Shown: piece after piece, positions 19,352 to 30,242 of the stretch
Layout: every line of letters begins with the position of its first letter
Position numbering within the stretch: position 1 is the first letter of the stretch
NCBI GenBank assembly: GCA_009392915.1
Contig: CP045477.1
Location: 672,001-736,000 of the forward strand
Origin: Candidatus Forterrea multitransposorum CG_2015-17_Forterrea_25_41
Lineage (GTDB): Archaea; Iainarchaeota; Iainarchaeia; Iainarchaeales; CSSED10-239
Direction: 5' to 3'
Length of the DNA stretch: 64,000 nt
Program-made: the position numbers and the translations under genes
Notes under the pieces: generated by a model
Told to the model about the DNA's origin: nothing
The model's input: the letters and a program-made list of their open reading frames with translations, nothing else
The model's database searches: none

Positions 19352-19668
19352 AATATATTATATGTTTAGAAGTGTTTATAAATATTAGTTAGTTTGGAAA
19401 TTTTGATAAAAAGTAAAGTATAAACATTAAATCAAAAGAGAGTAAAATTTAAGTTTAAAACATTATTTCTTTTCAATCTTATTAATCTCTTTTATAAAAA
19501 GACTATAATTTTCAGCATATGTTAAAGGATCAAATAAATAAAGATCTATTGGTTTTTTGGAAAAATCTATAAAACAATTATTCTTTGTTAAATCAAGATC
19601 CTTAAAACCTATTTTTTCAAGTGATTTGTTTAATTTTAAAAATTTAGAATTAATTTCTTTTTTATCTT

Positions 19669-20265
19669 CTAAAGTAAGTTTTTTTTCTTAATGGCATCAC
19701 TAACTGTTATTAAATAAGATAAATCATAAGCAATAAAAGATCTAAGATCAGAAGCATTATAAAAAAATCCTTTTTTTTGAGAATAATTATCAAATGCAAA
19801 ATGAGGTTTAATTATTTTAAAACCAGACTTTTTTGCTTCTTTTTCAATTAATCTTAAAGCAAGTAATTCTTCTGTTAGAGACATGTCTACCTTACCTTTT
19901 GTTTCTTTTATAAAAAACCTAATTGGTTTTTTATTATTAACAATTAAAACAAAACCATTAGAGGTGTTAAGAACACTGGTATTTCTGTTATTAAGAATTT
20001 GATTTGTAACTTTTAAAATTTCAAAATTACCTTTTTTATCAACAAATCTTATTTCTTTTTTATTTTTTGACAAAAAATCAATTGCTTTAATAATTCCTGG
20101 ATTTTCTATTAATACTTTCCTTGCAAAATTATTATAGATTAATTTTTTACCTAGATATCTGTAAGGCCGATTATCTTTATAAGTTAATTGATCTGGATGT
20201 TTAGAAGTTTTTGATGGAACTATTTTTTTCTTTTTTTCAAAAGCACTTTTTAATAACTTAAACAT
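19669..20265 (-). CDS. Hypothetical protein, distant member of the 'PVFIDFENKKLF' paralog family (see 32784..33587 and 53770..54567).
   Basis: 'SGFKIIKPHFAFDNYSQKKGFFYNASD' parallels 'AGFNIIKPHFAYKIKGKESFIFYEY' in the paralogs. Confidence 0.35.
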   Translation of the reverse strand: MFKLLKSAFEKKKKIVPSKTSKHPDQLTYKDNRPYRYLGKKLIYNNFARKVLIENPGIIKAIDFLSKNKKEIRFVDKKGNFEILKVTNQILNNRNTSVLNTSNGFVLIVNNKKPIRFFIKETKGKVDMSLTEELLALRLIEKEAKKSGFKIIKPHFAFDNYSQKKGFFYNASDLRSFIAYDLSYLITVSDAIKKKNLL

Positions 20266-20350
20266 TATATCAAAACCTTTTTACATAAAATATAAATATT
20301 AAAAATAACAAACCATTTATAAAGATTGTTTTAATGGCTGTTAAAAAAAA

Positions 20351-21292
20351 TTAAAAACTAATTAAAATAACCATCACAATAATCATAAACAAAGCTTGCA
20401 AAGGAAGAGCAGGCATTGCCTTAAATTTATATTTCTTTAAAAGATAAAATGTTAAAAATAAACCTAAAAGAGAAGAAAGTAAAACTAAAGAAACATAGAG
20501 AAGAGAACAAAACAAAGTTATTTTAGAGCTTAAAAAGAAATAAAAAGAAGAAGCCACAACTAAAGGAATTACTAAATCTCCTCCACCTAACTGATAGGTT
20601 TTTTCTTTTGTTGGAATATAAAAGATTAAAGCCATTTTAGTTTTTGAAAATGTTTTTGCTAAAGTTATCATGTGCTTTGTATAGAAAACAGCAATAATAT
20701 CATAAATAGATAAAAGAATTAAAAAAACTAAAACAGGAATAAAACCTAAAGAAAGCCCAATTATTGATCCTGCTCCTGCAATAGAGATTGCAAGAAGTAT
20801 ATTATTGTACCAAGAAACTAGGTTTAAAGATAGTTTTTTGCTTTTATCCATTAAATATTTAATAAATAAAAAAATTACTGTTAAGTACATTGCAAGAGTT
20901 TCAAAAAAGAAAACATCAAAAACAATTGTAATACCAACAAATAAAGCTAAATATTCAAATATTCTTAAATAAGAGGTTTTTTTTGAAAATCTTTTTATTA
21001 AAAGAATAATTCCTGTAACTACAAGAATTTGAACAATTATGAAAACAGAATTAATAATATCATCAGGATTATCAGTGATTAAAGCAATTCTTAGATCTGT
21101 TAAAGAAGAATAATAAGATGCAGTGTAAAGTCCTATGACTTGAACAATTACAAAAATGATTATTAAGTAAAATATAAAAGATGTTGAAAAAGAAGTTTCT
21201 TTAAAAGACTCTTTTTTACTATTCTTAAGAGGTTTATCCTTCTTAAGAGGTTTATCCTTTTTAACAAATTTTGTTTCTTTTTTAGAGCTCAT
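20351..21292 (-). CDS. Presenilin/signal-peptide-peptidase family (A22) intramembrane aspartyl protease homolog.
   Basis: Polytopic, with 'SIYDIIAV' (YD), 'QLGGGDLVIP' (GxGD) and 'KAMPALPLQ' (PAL) in the canonical order. The N-terminus has a repeated 'KDKPLKKDKPLK'. Confidence 0.65.
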   Translation of the reverse strand: MSSKKETKFVKKDKPLKKDKPLKNSKKESFKETSFSTSFIFYLIIIFVIVQVIGLYTASYYSSLTDLRIALITDNPDDIINSVFIIVQILVVTGIILLIKRFSKKTSYLRIFEYLALFVGITIVFDVFFFETLAMYLTVIFLFIKYLMDKSKKLSLNLVSWYNNILLAISIAGAGSIIGLSLGFIPVLVFLILLSIYDIIAVFYTKHMITLAKTFSKTKMALIFYIPTKEKTYQLGGGDLVIPLVVASSFYFFLSSKITLFCSLLYVSLVLLSSLLGLFLTFYLLKKYKFKAMPALPLQALFMIIVMVILISF

Positions 21293-21819
21293 TTTCTACC
21301 ATGCTTTTTAATTAAAATATTTGTTTTTGGTTTTATTTTTTTAAATTTATCAATATACATTTCAGATTTTTTTTCTAAAGAATATTCTTTTTTAAAAGAT
21401 TTATTTCTTCGATTAACTATATCTTCATTTATAGAATATATTTTTTTAGAAATCACAGCACCACTCTCTATTTTTTCAACCTTATATTTAGAAGACATAA
21501 AAGTTGTAACTCTTAGTTTTAGTTTTCTACCTAAACCTTTATTTTGAAAATCAGGATGAATATAAAGATTATTTATAAAAAAAGATTTATTCTTTAAATT
21601 TCCTTGACAAACACCAACAATCTTTGAATCTGATTTTAGTAAAAATAAATGAGTGTTTTTCTTTAAAAGATCTTTTTTAAAAAGAGAAACTTCTCTTGAA
21701 GTGAAATTTTGAATCTTTGTTAAATATTGCATCAATATTGAAAAAGTCTCATTAACTTCACTTCTGTTTTTAATAAATTCAGATATATTTTCTGAAGAAT
21801 AATGTTTATAATTAATCAC
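21289..21819 (-). CDS. GNAT-family N-acetyltransferase.
   Basis: 'VGVCQGNLKN...LYIHPDFQNKGLGRKL' is the Q/RxxGxG/A acetyl-CoA motif. Confidence 0.55.
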   Translation of the reverse strand: MINYKHYSSENISEFIKNRSEVNETFSILMQYLTKIQNFTSREVSLFKKDLLKKNTHLFLLKSDSKIVGVCQGNLKNKSFFINNLYIHPDFQNKGLGRKLKLRVTTFMSSKYKVEKIESGAVISKKIYSINEDIVNRRNKSFKKEYSLEKKSEMYIDKFKKIKPKTNILIKKHGRK

Positions 21820-21822
21820 AAC

Positions 21823-22326
21823 TTATTTCCTCTTTAAACTTGTTTTTTTAAAAACCTTAAAAGATTTTTTAGAAAATAAAGTATCTTGAAAATAACTAAT
21901 TCTTTTTGATTTATTTTCTCTAGAGAACATTTTTTTAAAAGAATTTGTTGTTTCTGGAGATAAAATATAACTTGATTCAAAATGTTTAATATCTTTTTTA
22001 ACTCTTAAATATCCAATTGCTCTTGTAATTAGCTTTTGCTCAATCAACGATTTGTTTGTTCCTTTTAAAACAAAAAAATGATTTAAAGTAAAATGATCTT
22101 TAAAAACACTACCTTGAGCAATTGCAATTAATTTTTTATTTTCAAAAGCCATAAACAAAGAAGTATTTAAGACATCTTTTAAAAGTTGATTTTTTATTTT
22201 TTGAGAATAAGAAATTGGAATTTTTTCAACATTAAAATAAATTTTATAAACTTCTTTTAAAAATTCTGGTTTATGAATTATTTTTTCATAAATCTCATTT
22301 CCAAAATATTGTTTGTAAGTTATCAT
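21823..22326 (-). CDS. GNAT-like acetyltransferase, tandem paralog of the preceding gene.
   Basis: Similar N-termini ('MITYKQYFGNEIYEKI' vs 'MINYKHYSSENISEFI'). The motif A is weaker. Confidence 0.4.
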   Translation of the reverse strand: MITYKQYFGNEIYEKIIHKPEFLKEVYKIYFNVEKIPISYSQKIKNQLLKDVLNTSLFMAFENKKLIAIAQGSVFKDHFTLNHFFVLKGTNKSLIEQKLITRAIGYLRVKKDIKHFESSYILSPETTNSFKKMFSRENKSKRISYFQDTLFSKKSFKVFKKTSLKRK

Positions 22327-22391
22327 ATCTTTTTACCTATATTTATTTATAAATAAAAAAATATATAAAAGACTTTATAAAACCTATTTTT

Positions 22392-24530
22392 CTAAAAAGC
22401 ATCAGGCTCTGTTGCTTTTAAAAGACCAGATCTAGGTTCATAAATATCCCCTATTTTCTTAAGCTTTGAAATAGCATCCATTACTTTATCTTTATCATGA
22501 CCTTCTTTTGTTGTAAAATCAATAAACTCTTTTGTGGTAATAGGATCTTTTGAAGATAAATCTTTTAAATATTTTAAAACAACTTTAATAAAGTTTCTCT
22601 CACTTTGAGATTGACCAGTCTGCAAAATATCAATATCAATCTTACCAGTCTCTTTATCCATAGCAACTTGCTCTAAAGAAGTTTTAAATATCCTAATTGC
22701 TCTTTGAGCATCTTCTGCATCAATGGTTTTTTTAAGTTTTATTTTAGCACTAGCTTCAGATAATCTTATAAAACCTTCAAGCTGTCTTGGTGTTGCAGTA
22801 AAACTTCTATTTTTTCTACCTAAATCTCTTAACTCAACATAATATTTTAAAATAATATCAGAAGCTTCTTTTGAAAGAACAGGACGTATATTCTGTCTTG
22901 CAAAAGCTACAAATTTTTTAAAAAGATTAGGATCAATTGAAGGAAGTATTTCTTTTTCAATATCATTTAATTCTTCTTTTGAAATAGTTTTATCTCTACC
23001 AGATAATTTTTCTGCAAGTTCTTGAGTTCTTAAAACATGTTTTGCAATATCTGAATCCATTTGTCTATCTAAAAGATCTGGAATTACAAAATAAAGATCA
23101 AATCTTGAAAGAAGAGAAAAAGGTAAGTCAATTTGTTCTAAAGGATTCTTATAAGGATCAAACCTATTGTATTTTGGATTTGCAGCAGCTAAAACTGATG
23201 TATCAGCTCTAAATTTACTATATAAACCTGCCTTAGATACAGAAACTGTAGCTTGAGCCATTGCTTCGTGAAGAGAAGATCTATCATCTGCACCAATCTT
23301 ATCAAACTCATCAATCATTGCAATTCCACCACTTGCTAAAATAATAGCACCGGCTTTTAAAGTCCAACCACCTTCTCCATATTCATCTTTCACAGCAGAA
23401 ACTGTAAGACCAGCACCAGAAACTGTTTTTCCTGCAACATATATACTTTTTGGAGCTAAAATATTTGCATATTCTAAAATTTTAGATTTACCAGTAGAAG
23501 GATCTCCCACAAGAAGAATATGTATGTTTCCTCTAAACTTTTGTTTTGCAATTTCTTTTTTAACACCACCAAACATTTGTAAGGTTACAGCTTCTTTTAC
23601 AACTTCATGTCCAAAGATATTAGGAGCAACTGATTTTGATAATAATTGATAAACATCTTCTTTTTTTGAAAGAGCTTTAATATCTTGTTCTTCTTCATAA
23701 GATATTTTTAATTCTTCATACTCTTGATCTATTTTTTCAATATGGTTTGCAACTAGATATCTTGAAAAAATATTAATGTCTCCTTTTGGAGGTCTTAATT
23801 TTAATGTACCAGTTACAATTATTTTATCTCCAGCTGAACATCTATTAACTAAATCATCTGATAAATAAACATCTATGTTAGAGGCTTGTTCTGAACCTTT
23901 TAAGTTTTCTAAAGGTTCTTGAATTTGTATTTTTTGATAATCAATAAATTTAGATTGTTCTAAATCTAAATCAAACTCTCTAGATTTACATTCATTACAC
24001 ATTACAGGTTTTACAAGTTGTTGTGTTTTTTGAGATAAAACAACTGGAGTTGAACATTTTCTACAAATATAATAAGCTTGAGTTAATTTTTCTAATTTTT
24101 CAGTAATAACTCTTATTGTTCCTTCAACAGAGACAAGATCAGTTAAATGTTCAGAACCAACTTCCCTTATTGAAACTCTGTATTCTTCAGGAAGATTAAA
24201 AAATCTTACAATAGGTTCAAAATTATCTTCAATTTCTGAATCTAAAATACCAAGATCTATTTTTTTAATAGCAACATTTGCTGCTTCAAAAATAATACCT
24301 GGAGAAGATAATAACCTTTCTGCTAAATTTAGATCAAAATCTTCTAATTTTTTATAATCAATATCTAATGATTTTTTTGTAGGATAATTAGAGGCTAATT
24401 GTTCAATTTCTTTTTTATAAACATCTTCAAAAAAATCTATAAAGAGATCAACATATTCATCAACTAAAATACTCTTTGATTCTTTAATATCAAACTCGTT
24501 TAATTCTTTTTCAAGATCTATATCAACCAT
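22392..24530 (-). CDS. mcm: MCM replicative helicase.
   Basis: Zinc finger 'CRKCSTPV...CNECKS', Walker A 'LLVGDPSTGKSKILEY', Walker B 'AMIDEFDKI' and an arginine-finger region. 712 aa. Confidence 0.9.
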   Translation of the reverse strand: MVDIDLEKELNEFDIKESKSILVDEYVDLFIDFFEDVYKKEIEQLASNYPTKKSLDIDYKKLEDFDLNLAERLLSSPGIIFEAANVAIKKIDLGILDSEIEDNFEPIVRFFNLPEEYRVSIREVGSEHLTDLVSVEGTIRVITEKLEKLTQAYYICRKCSTPVVLSQKTQQLVKPVMCNECKSREFDLDLEQSKFIDYQKIQIQEPLENLKGSEQASNIDVYLSDDLVNRCSAGDKIIVTGTLKLRPPKGDINIFSRYLVANHIEKIDQEYEELKISYEEEQDIKALSKKEDVYQLLSKSVAPNIFGHEVVKEAVTLQMFGGVKKEIAKQKFRGNIHILLVGDPSTGKSKILEYANILAPKSIYVAGKTVSGAGLTVSAVKDEYGEGGWTLKAGAIILASGGIAMIDEFDKIGADDRSSLHEAMAQATVSVSKAGLYSKFRADTSVLAAANPKYNRFDPYKNPLEQIDLPFSLLSRFDLYFVIPDLLDRQMDSDIAKHVLRTQELAEKLSGRDKTISKEELNDIEKEILPSIDPNLFKKFVAFARQNIRPVLSKEASDIILKYYVELRDLGRKNRSFTATPRQLEGFIRLSEASAKIKLKKTIDAEDAQRAIRIFKTSLEQVAMDKETGKIDIDILQTGQSQSERNFIKVVLKYLKDLSSKDPITTKEFIDFTTKEGHDKDKVMDAISKLKKIGDIYEPRSGLLKATEPDAF

Positions 24531-24980
24531 TAATTATCAACTTTTTTTTGTTCTATCATTATATTTAAGTTCCCAAAACCTTTTTAAAGGTAAATTGGGA
24601 GGGAGAGGATGTGGCCGAGAAAGAAAAAAAAAAATTTTTTCTAAAAGATAATTTATTTTTCCTTTAACTTTTCACAAACCTCTTTTTTATTGATAACTAT
24701 TATATGTTTATAAAAAAGCAGAATTTTATATAAAGTAATTATACAGTAAAATGATTATAATTAGATTTAGTTTAGAAAACTAAGAAAATTGTTAAAAATA
24801 GATATAAATTGAACTAAATATAGTTAATTTATTTAAGTTAACGAAAAGTTTATAAAAGAAAAATTAAAAAAGAAAAGAAATAACCCTCTTTTTCTCTTTT
24901 AAAAAAGAAATAAAGGTTATTTTTTATTTTAAGATTGTATTTTTAAGTTTTAAACAAATAAGGATTCTAATGTTTTAAAA

Positions 24981-25172
24981 TTAAACTTTTTGAACATTAA
25001 TTGCTTTTTGACCTTTTTCATCTTCTGTAACTTCAAAAGTAACAGGCATACCATCTTTAATCATTTGTCCGTCAGCAACGCCTGAACTATGAACAAAGTA
25101 GTCTTTACCATCTTCTCCAGTTATAAAACCGAAATTTTTTTTAAAATTATAGAATTTAACAGTACCATTCAT
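24981..25172 (-). CDS. csp: Cold-shock protein (CspA family).
   Basis: 'MNGTVKFYNFKKNFGFITGEDGKDYFVHSSGV' carries the RNP1/RNP2-type cold-shock domain motifs. Confidence 0.85.
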   Translation of the reverse strand: MNGTVKFYNFKKNFGFITGEDGKDYFVHSSGVADGQMIKDGMPVTFEVTEDEKGQKAINVQKV

Positions 25173-25546
25173 ATTTTTTTCACTCTTTTTTTATATTTTT
25201 TTTTTATTTAAAACAATATCTTAGATAACCAAGTTTTCTTTATAAAAATAAGTTATTTAAAAGAATCATTAAAAATAAAGATTTTTAATTCATAGTATAA
25301 AAATTTTATTAAAAATAGTTAATTATTGTTTTATTGTCAATTGTAGTATAAGGATTTGATAATAAATAGTTTTTATTTTTATTAAAACATTTTCCATTGA
25401 ATTTATTTTTTATTTTTATTTTCTTTAACAACACATTTTATTTTTTCAACTTTGTTATTAATCATTTATCATTTTATAATGTAATTATAGATTAGAAAAG
25501 TATATAAAGGGTTTTATTTTGTATTATATAAAAACTGTGATTATAT

Positions 25547-26323
25547 ATGACTATATTTAAAAAAATAATAACAACTTATAATAATGAAGGATTAAAGAAA
25601 TTATTATTAAAAAGTAAAAATTATATTAATAGAAAATATTTTAAAAAAGATAAAAATATATTTCACAATATAATTACACTAATAAAAATAAAAAGATTTA
25701 TTAAAAATAATAAAAACCCAAATATTAAAAAAATTATTAATTTTTTATTTAATAATAACTTAACTATTAGACCAGCACAAATAAAATATGAACTTAAAGA
25801 ATTATTAGAATTATTAATTTTAAATAATCCAAAATATGTCTTGGAAATTGGCACATACAATGGGGGAACACTATTTACTTTTTCTCAAATTAGTAATAAA
25901 AAGTCAACAATTATTTCTTTAGATCTACCAAATGGAAAATATGGCGGTGGATACCCTAATTGGAAAAAAAAAATATACAAAGCATTTATTTTAAAAACAC
26001 AAAAAATACATTTAATTAGAAAAAACTCTCATCTTAAAGAAAGCTACTTAGAAGTTAAATCAATACTTAAAAACAAAAAACTAGACTTTCTATTTATAGA
26101 TGGTGATCACACATACGATGGAGTTAAAAAAGATTTTAAATTATATAGTACTTTTGTTAAAAAAGGAGGTATAATTGCATTACACGATATAGTTGTTCAC
26201 CCTCCTAAATTAAATTGTCATGTAAATGAATTTTGGAAAGAACTAAAAAATAAATACAAATATAAAGAGATAATAAAAAATAAAAATCAAGGATGGGGGG
26301 GAATTGGGATAATTTACAAATAA
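25547..26323 (+). CDS. Class I SAM-dependent methyltransferase (CmcI/TylF-like sugar O-methyltransferase family).
   Basis: Motif I 'VLEIGTYNGGT' and 'FLFIDGDHTYDGVKKDF' are typical of that family. Confidence 0.55.
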   Translation: MTIFKKIITTYNNEGLKKLLLKSKNYINRKYFKKDKNIFHNIITLIKIKRFIKNNKNPNIKKIINFLFNNNLTIRPAQIKYELKELLELLILNNPKYVLEIGTYNGGTLFTFSQISNKKSTIISLDLPNGKYGGGYPNWKKKIYKAFILKTQKIHLIRKNSHLKESYLEVKSILKNKKLDFLFIDGDHTYDGVKKDFKLYSTFVKKGGIIALHDIVVHPPKLNCHVNEFWKELKNKYKYKEIIKNKNQGWGGIGIIYK

Positions 26324-26330
26324 GATAAAT

Positions 26331-27134
26331 ATGAATACAAAAGTATCAATCTTAATTTGCACATATAATTGTGAAAAATACATAAAAAACACAATTCAAA
26401 CAATATTAGATCAAACTTACAAAAATTGGGAACTTTTAATATTAGATAATAATTCTAAAGATAGCACTAAAAATATACTTTCAAAATACAAAAAAAATAA
26501 AAAGATAAAATTATTTTTTTCAAAAAATAATAAAGGAGCATATTCTGGACTTAACTATCTAATTAAAAAAGCAAAAGGAAAATATATTGCAATCCAAGAT
26601 CATGATGACCTATGGCACCCTAATAAATTAAAAGTACAAGTTAAATTTTTAAACGAAAATAAAAAATATATAGGGTGTGGAACAAATCAAATTACTTATT
26701 ATGAAAAAGAAAAAAAAATTTATTTTGGGTCAGTTAAAAAAGATAATTTTTTTGCATGCCACACTACATTAATGTTTAGAAACAATAATTTTTATTACAA
26801 TCCTAATATTTCTTTTGAAACAGACCTATATTTTATGAAAAAAATTATTTGCAAAGATGAATTAAAAATATATAATATTAATAAATTTTATAGTGTACAT
26901 ATTATTAGAAAAGATCAAAATAACTTAACAATAAAAACAATTAAAGAAAATAGTTTAATAGAAATAATAAAAATAATAAAAATAAATAATAGATCTAATA
27001 TAAAATATTTTTTAAAAATAATATTTATAAAATATTTTTATAAAATTTACAAAATAATTGAAAATAAAAAAATAAAAAAAATAAAAAACAAAAATAAAAT
27101 TAACTATTTTAAAAAATATTTAAAAGTAGATTAA
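26331..27134 (+). CDS. Glycosyltransferase family 2.
   Basis: 'VSILICTYNCEKYIKNTIQTILDQTY...LLILDNNSKDST' and the 'QDHDD' DxD motif. Confidence 0.7.
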   Translation: MNTKVSILICTYNCEKYIKNTIQTILDQTYKNWELLILDNNSKDSTKNILSKYKKNKKIKLFFSKNNKGAYSGLNYLIKKAKGKYIAIQDHDDLWHPNKLKVQVKFLNENKKYIGCGTNQITYYEKEKKIYFGSVKKDNFFACHTTLMFRNNNFYYNPNISFETDLYFMKKIICKDELKIYNINKFYSVHIIRKDQNNLTIKTIKENSLIEIIKIIKINNRSNIKYFLKIIFIKYFYKIYKIIENKKIKKIKNKNKINYFKKYLKVD

Positions 27135-27135
27135 A

Positions 27136-28053
27136 ATGGATTTAATTAGCATAGTATTACCAGTATTTAATTCAGAAAAATTTATTTTTAAATCAATAAA
27201 AAGTATTCTTAATCAAACATACAAACATATTGAATTAATTATAATTAATGACGCATCTACAGACAATAGCGAAAAAATTATTTTAAAATTTAAAGATAAA
27301 AGAATAAAATATATTAAAAATAAATTTAATTTAGGAGAACAAAAAACTACTAATGTAGGTTTAAAACTATGTAAAGGAAAATATATATCTATAATGCACT
27401 CAGACGATATAGCTCATAAAAATAAAATAGAAGAACAAACAAACTATTTAAATAAAAATAAAAATATATTTTTAGTTGGCACAAGTTATAATATTATTGA
27501 TGAAAATGAAAAAATAATAAAAATAGTTAATAAAAAAATAACACCAAAAAAAATAAATAAAAAAATACTTAAAGGAAAAAATATAATCTGCCATCCTACA
27601 ATAATGTTTAGAAAAGAAAAAATAAATTACAGATCAAAAATATACTATTGCCCAGATTTAGATTTGTATTTAAGATTAATTAAAAAAAATAAAAAAATAG
27701 CTATTTTAAATAAAGTTTTATTAAACTACAGAGTACACTTTAATCAAATAAGTATTTCTAAAAAATATAAACAAAACTTATTTAAAAAAATAACTCTAGA
27801 AATTAACAATGGAGAAAGAAAATATAAATTATTTAATCCTCAAAAAATATTAAACATAAATGAAAAAAAATTAGATTACAAAGAACAGATTATATACCAC
27901 TATTTATATAAAAATCCTAAAAAAATTAGAGATAATTATATCAAATACATATATAAAGAAAAAAAAATTGACAAATATTTATTTTATTATTTATATTCTT
28001 ATTTAATTAACATTTACATTTTATTTAGAAACAATAAAAGAATATATTTTTAA
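27136..28053 (+). CDS. Glycosyltransferase family 2.
   Basis: 'ISIVLPVFNSEKFI...LNQTYKHIELIIINDASTDNS' and 'HSDD'. Confidence 0.7.
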   Translation: MDLISIVLPVFNSEKFIFKSIKSILNQTYKHIELIIINDASTDNSEKIILKFKDKRIKYIKNKFNLGEQKTTNVGLKLCKGKYISIMHSDDIAHKNKIEEQTNYLNKNKNIFLVGTSYNIIDENEKIIKIVNKKITPKKINKKILKGKNIICHPTIMFRKEKINYRSKIYYCPDLDLYLRLIKKNKKIAILNKVLLNYRVHFNQISISKKYKQNLFKKITLEINNGERKYKLFNPQKILNINEKKLDYKEQIIYHYLYKNPKKIRDNYIKYIYKEKKIDKYLFYYLYSYLINIYILFRNNKRIYF

Positions 28054-29208
28054 AATAGCAATATTAATTTTTGAAATATAATAATTTTTAGAATATTTCA
28101 TAATTTTTTTATATTCCCATTTTTTATTTAATCCATAATTAATTAAAAAAAACAATTTGTTAAAATTATAAGGATCATCTAATATAATTCCTATGTCTGG
28201 AAAAATAATTTCTTCCATTCCACCAGCACTTGAACCTAAAAAAGGACATCCACAAGTCAATGCCTCTAACATAACAGTAGGGTTTCCTTCAAAATAACTT
28301 GGCAAAACAAATAAATCAGAAGCACTCATCCAAATAGGTATTTCATTGTGAGATTTTGAACCAACTACTTTAATATATTTAGTTAAATTTAATTTAATTA
28401 TTTCTTGTTTAATTTTAAATTCATCTTTTCCAGAACCTATTAAATATAGAACAAAATCACCTCTTACTTTTGATAATTCATTAATAGCTTTTATTAAATT
28501 AATTTGATTCTTAATATCAACAATATAATTACCAACATGTAAAATAATTTTCTTGTTTAGAGGTAATTTTAATTTTTTCCTAGCAATTACTTGTGACGTA
28601 TTTTTAAAATAATTAGGAATTCCATTAGGAATTATTTTATATTTATCTTTAACGTCAACAATTGAATTTACTTTATTCATATTTTTTTTAGAAACAGTAA
28701 TAAAATAATCACAATTATTTAAAGTATAAATAAACTTACTTTTATTATTTTTATTTCTAAAAGGAAAATCATAAACATCAAATCCATGACCAGTAACAAT
28801 TAATTTAATACCATATTTCTCTTTTAATTTACTTGCAACATATCCAGAAGGATATGTGAAATGAGCATGCATTAAATCAAATTTCAAGTTATTTTTTTTA
28901 ATAACACTATCGACTGAATCAAATAAATTAAATGTTTTATAACTAATTTTATTTGGAAGTTTAAAATAAGTTGTATAATAAACTTCTATATTTTTATAAC
29001 AATAATTCTTATTATTAAGTCTATTTTTATAACCTTTAACAAACTTACTTAAAAAAATAGAAAAATAAGGTGTTGGTACAATTACATACACTTTTTTAAA
29101 ATATTTTGAAAGTTCATCAACCTGTGTTTTTACAAAAGTACAATCTATACTACCTTCTTTATTAGGATAACCATTAGAAATAATCAATAAGTTCTTATCT
29201 TTAAACAT
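28021..29208 (-). CDS. Glycosyltransferase family 4 (GT-B, GT1/GT4).
   Basis: C-terminal 'PSYFEGNPTVMLEALTCGCPFLGS' is the E-x7-E region of GT4. Confidence 0.7.
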   Translation of the reverse strand: MFKDKNLLIISNGYPNKEGSIDCTFVKTQVDELSKYFKKVYVIVPTPYFSIFLSKFVKGYKNRLNNKNYCYKNIEVYYTTYFKLPNKISYKTFNLFDSVDSVIKKNNLKFDLMHAHFTYPSGYVASKLKEKYGIKLIVTGHGFDVYDFPFRNKNNKSKFIYTLNNCDYFITVSKKNMNKVNSIVDVKDKYKIIPNGIPNYFKNTSQVIARKKLKLPLNKKIILHVGNYIVDIKNQINLIKAINELSKVRGDFVLYLIGSGKDEFKIKQEIIKLNLTKYIKVVGSKSHNEIPIWMSASDLFVLPSYFEGNPTVMLEALTCGCPFLGSSAGGMEEIIFPDIGIILDDPYNFNKLFFLINYGLNKKWEYKKIMKYSKNYYISKINIAILKIYSFIVSK

Positions 29209-30242
29209 TATTTTTTACTCCTTTTTAATGAATTAAATAGCAAATCCACAAATTTAGATATGTTTGTAGATTTTAACTTTTTAGCTTTATTTTTTTTAAC
29301 AAGCATAATATTTTTAACAGTTTTTAACTTTTTTAAATAACCTTTTTTTAATAAATATTTATCAACACCCCCTATTTTTAAAGCTAATATAGTGTATACC
29401 GGAGTGCCTAATGCACAAGCCTCTCTATTCATAGTGCCACCTGCGCTTATCACTAAATCAGATTGTTTAATTAAACTAGGAGCGTCAATAGCTTTAACAG
29501 GAATTATAAAATTATTATATTTATTAGATTTTATTAAATTAATTTGATCTACATCTCTCCCTAAATATACTACAACTACATTTTTTTTATTTGATAAATA
29601 ATTTATTAAATCTAAATAAATATTATTTTTAATCCCTTTATGATATAAAGATTTTTCAGCAGGAGGTCTAAAAACTACAATTATCTTTTTAGAATCTATA
29701 TTTAATTTTTTTAAAATTTTATTATCAAAATTATAATCAGAAAGATACATTTGCTCTTTAAGACCATCATATTTAATAATTTTTTTATCATTAACACCAA
29801 ATTTATATAAATCTTTTGAATTTATATATTTAGGACAAACTATTTTTGTTGCACATCTAAAATTAATATGATGGAATTGAGCATACTCATAATCAAAGAT
29901 ATCTATTATAGGTATTCTTGAAATCCAAGAAACGATACAAATATCAATAGAATTATGAGATAAAGATAAATGAAATTTATGTTTTATTGAAAAAAATAAT
30001 AATCGAATAGACCTTGTTATAAGGAACAATATTTTTTTAAATAAATTATTTCCTGCATATTTTCCAAATTTATAATACTTAATATTATATTGATCTAGTA
30101 AATCATAGGTCTGCGCAAAATCTCTTGCAGTAACTATAACTTTAAAGCCTCTTTTTTCTAAATTTTTTATAATAGGTCTAAAAAACAAAACGTGAGGTGA
30201 ATTTGTAACATCAATCCATATTTTTTTAACCATAATAATCAA
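29208..30242 (-). CDS. DUF354-family protein (predicted GT-B-like glycosyltransferase or epimerase-fold).
   Basis: N-terminal 'KIWIDVTNSPHVLFFRPIIKNLEKRGFKVIVTARDF' matches the DUF354 consensus. Confidence 0.55.
   Translation of the reverse strand: MIIMVKKIWIDVTNSPHVLFFRPIIKNLEKRGFKVIVTARDFAQTYDLLDQYNIKYYKFGKYAGNNLFKKILFLITRSIRLLFFSIKHKFHLSLSHNSIDICIVSWISRIPIIDIFDYEYAQFHHINFRCATKIVCPKYINSKDLYKFGVNDKKIIKYDGLKEQMYLSDYNFDNKILKKLNIDSKKIIVVFRPPAEKSLYHKGIKNNIYLDLINYLSNKKNVVVVYLGRDVDQINLIKSNKYNNFIIPVKAIDAPSLIKQSDLVISAGGTMNREACALGTPVYTILALKIGGVDKYLLKKGYLKKLKTVKNIMLVKKNKAKKLKSTNISKFVDLLFNSLKRSKK

Noticed and set aside
20351-21292. Prepilin peptidase (PibD/FlaK, A24) identity for the polytopic aspartyl protease.
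   Set aside because: The PAL motif and the YD/GxGD spacing fit the presenilin/SPP A22 family better than A24 prepilin peptidases.
24596-24622. GC-rich box 'gggagggagaggatgtggccgag' as an RNA gene.
   Set aside because: It is too short and lacks flanking structure. It is retained only as a minor note under the csp-region finding.
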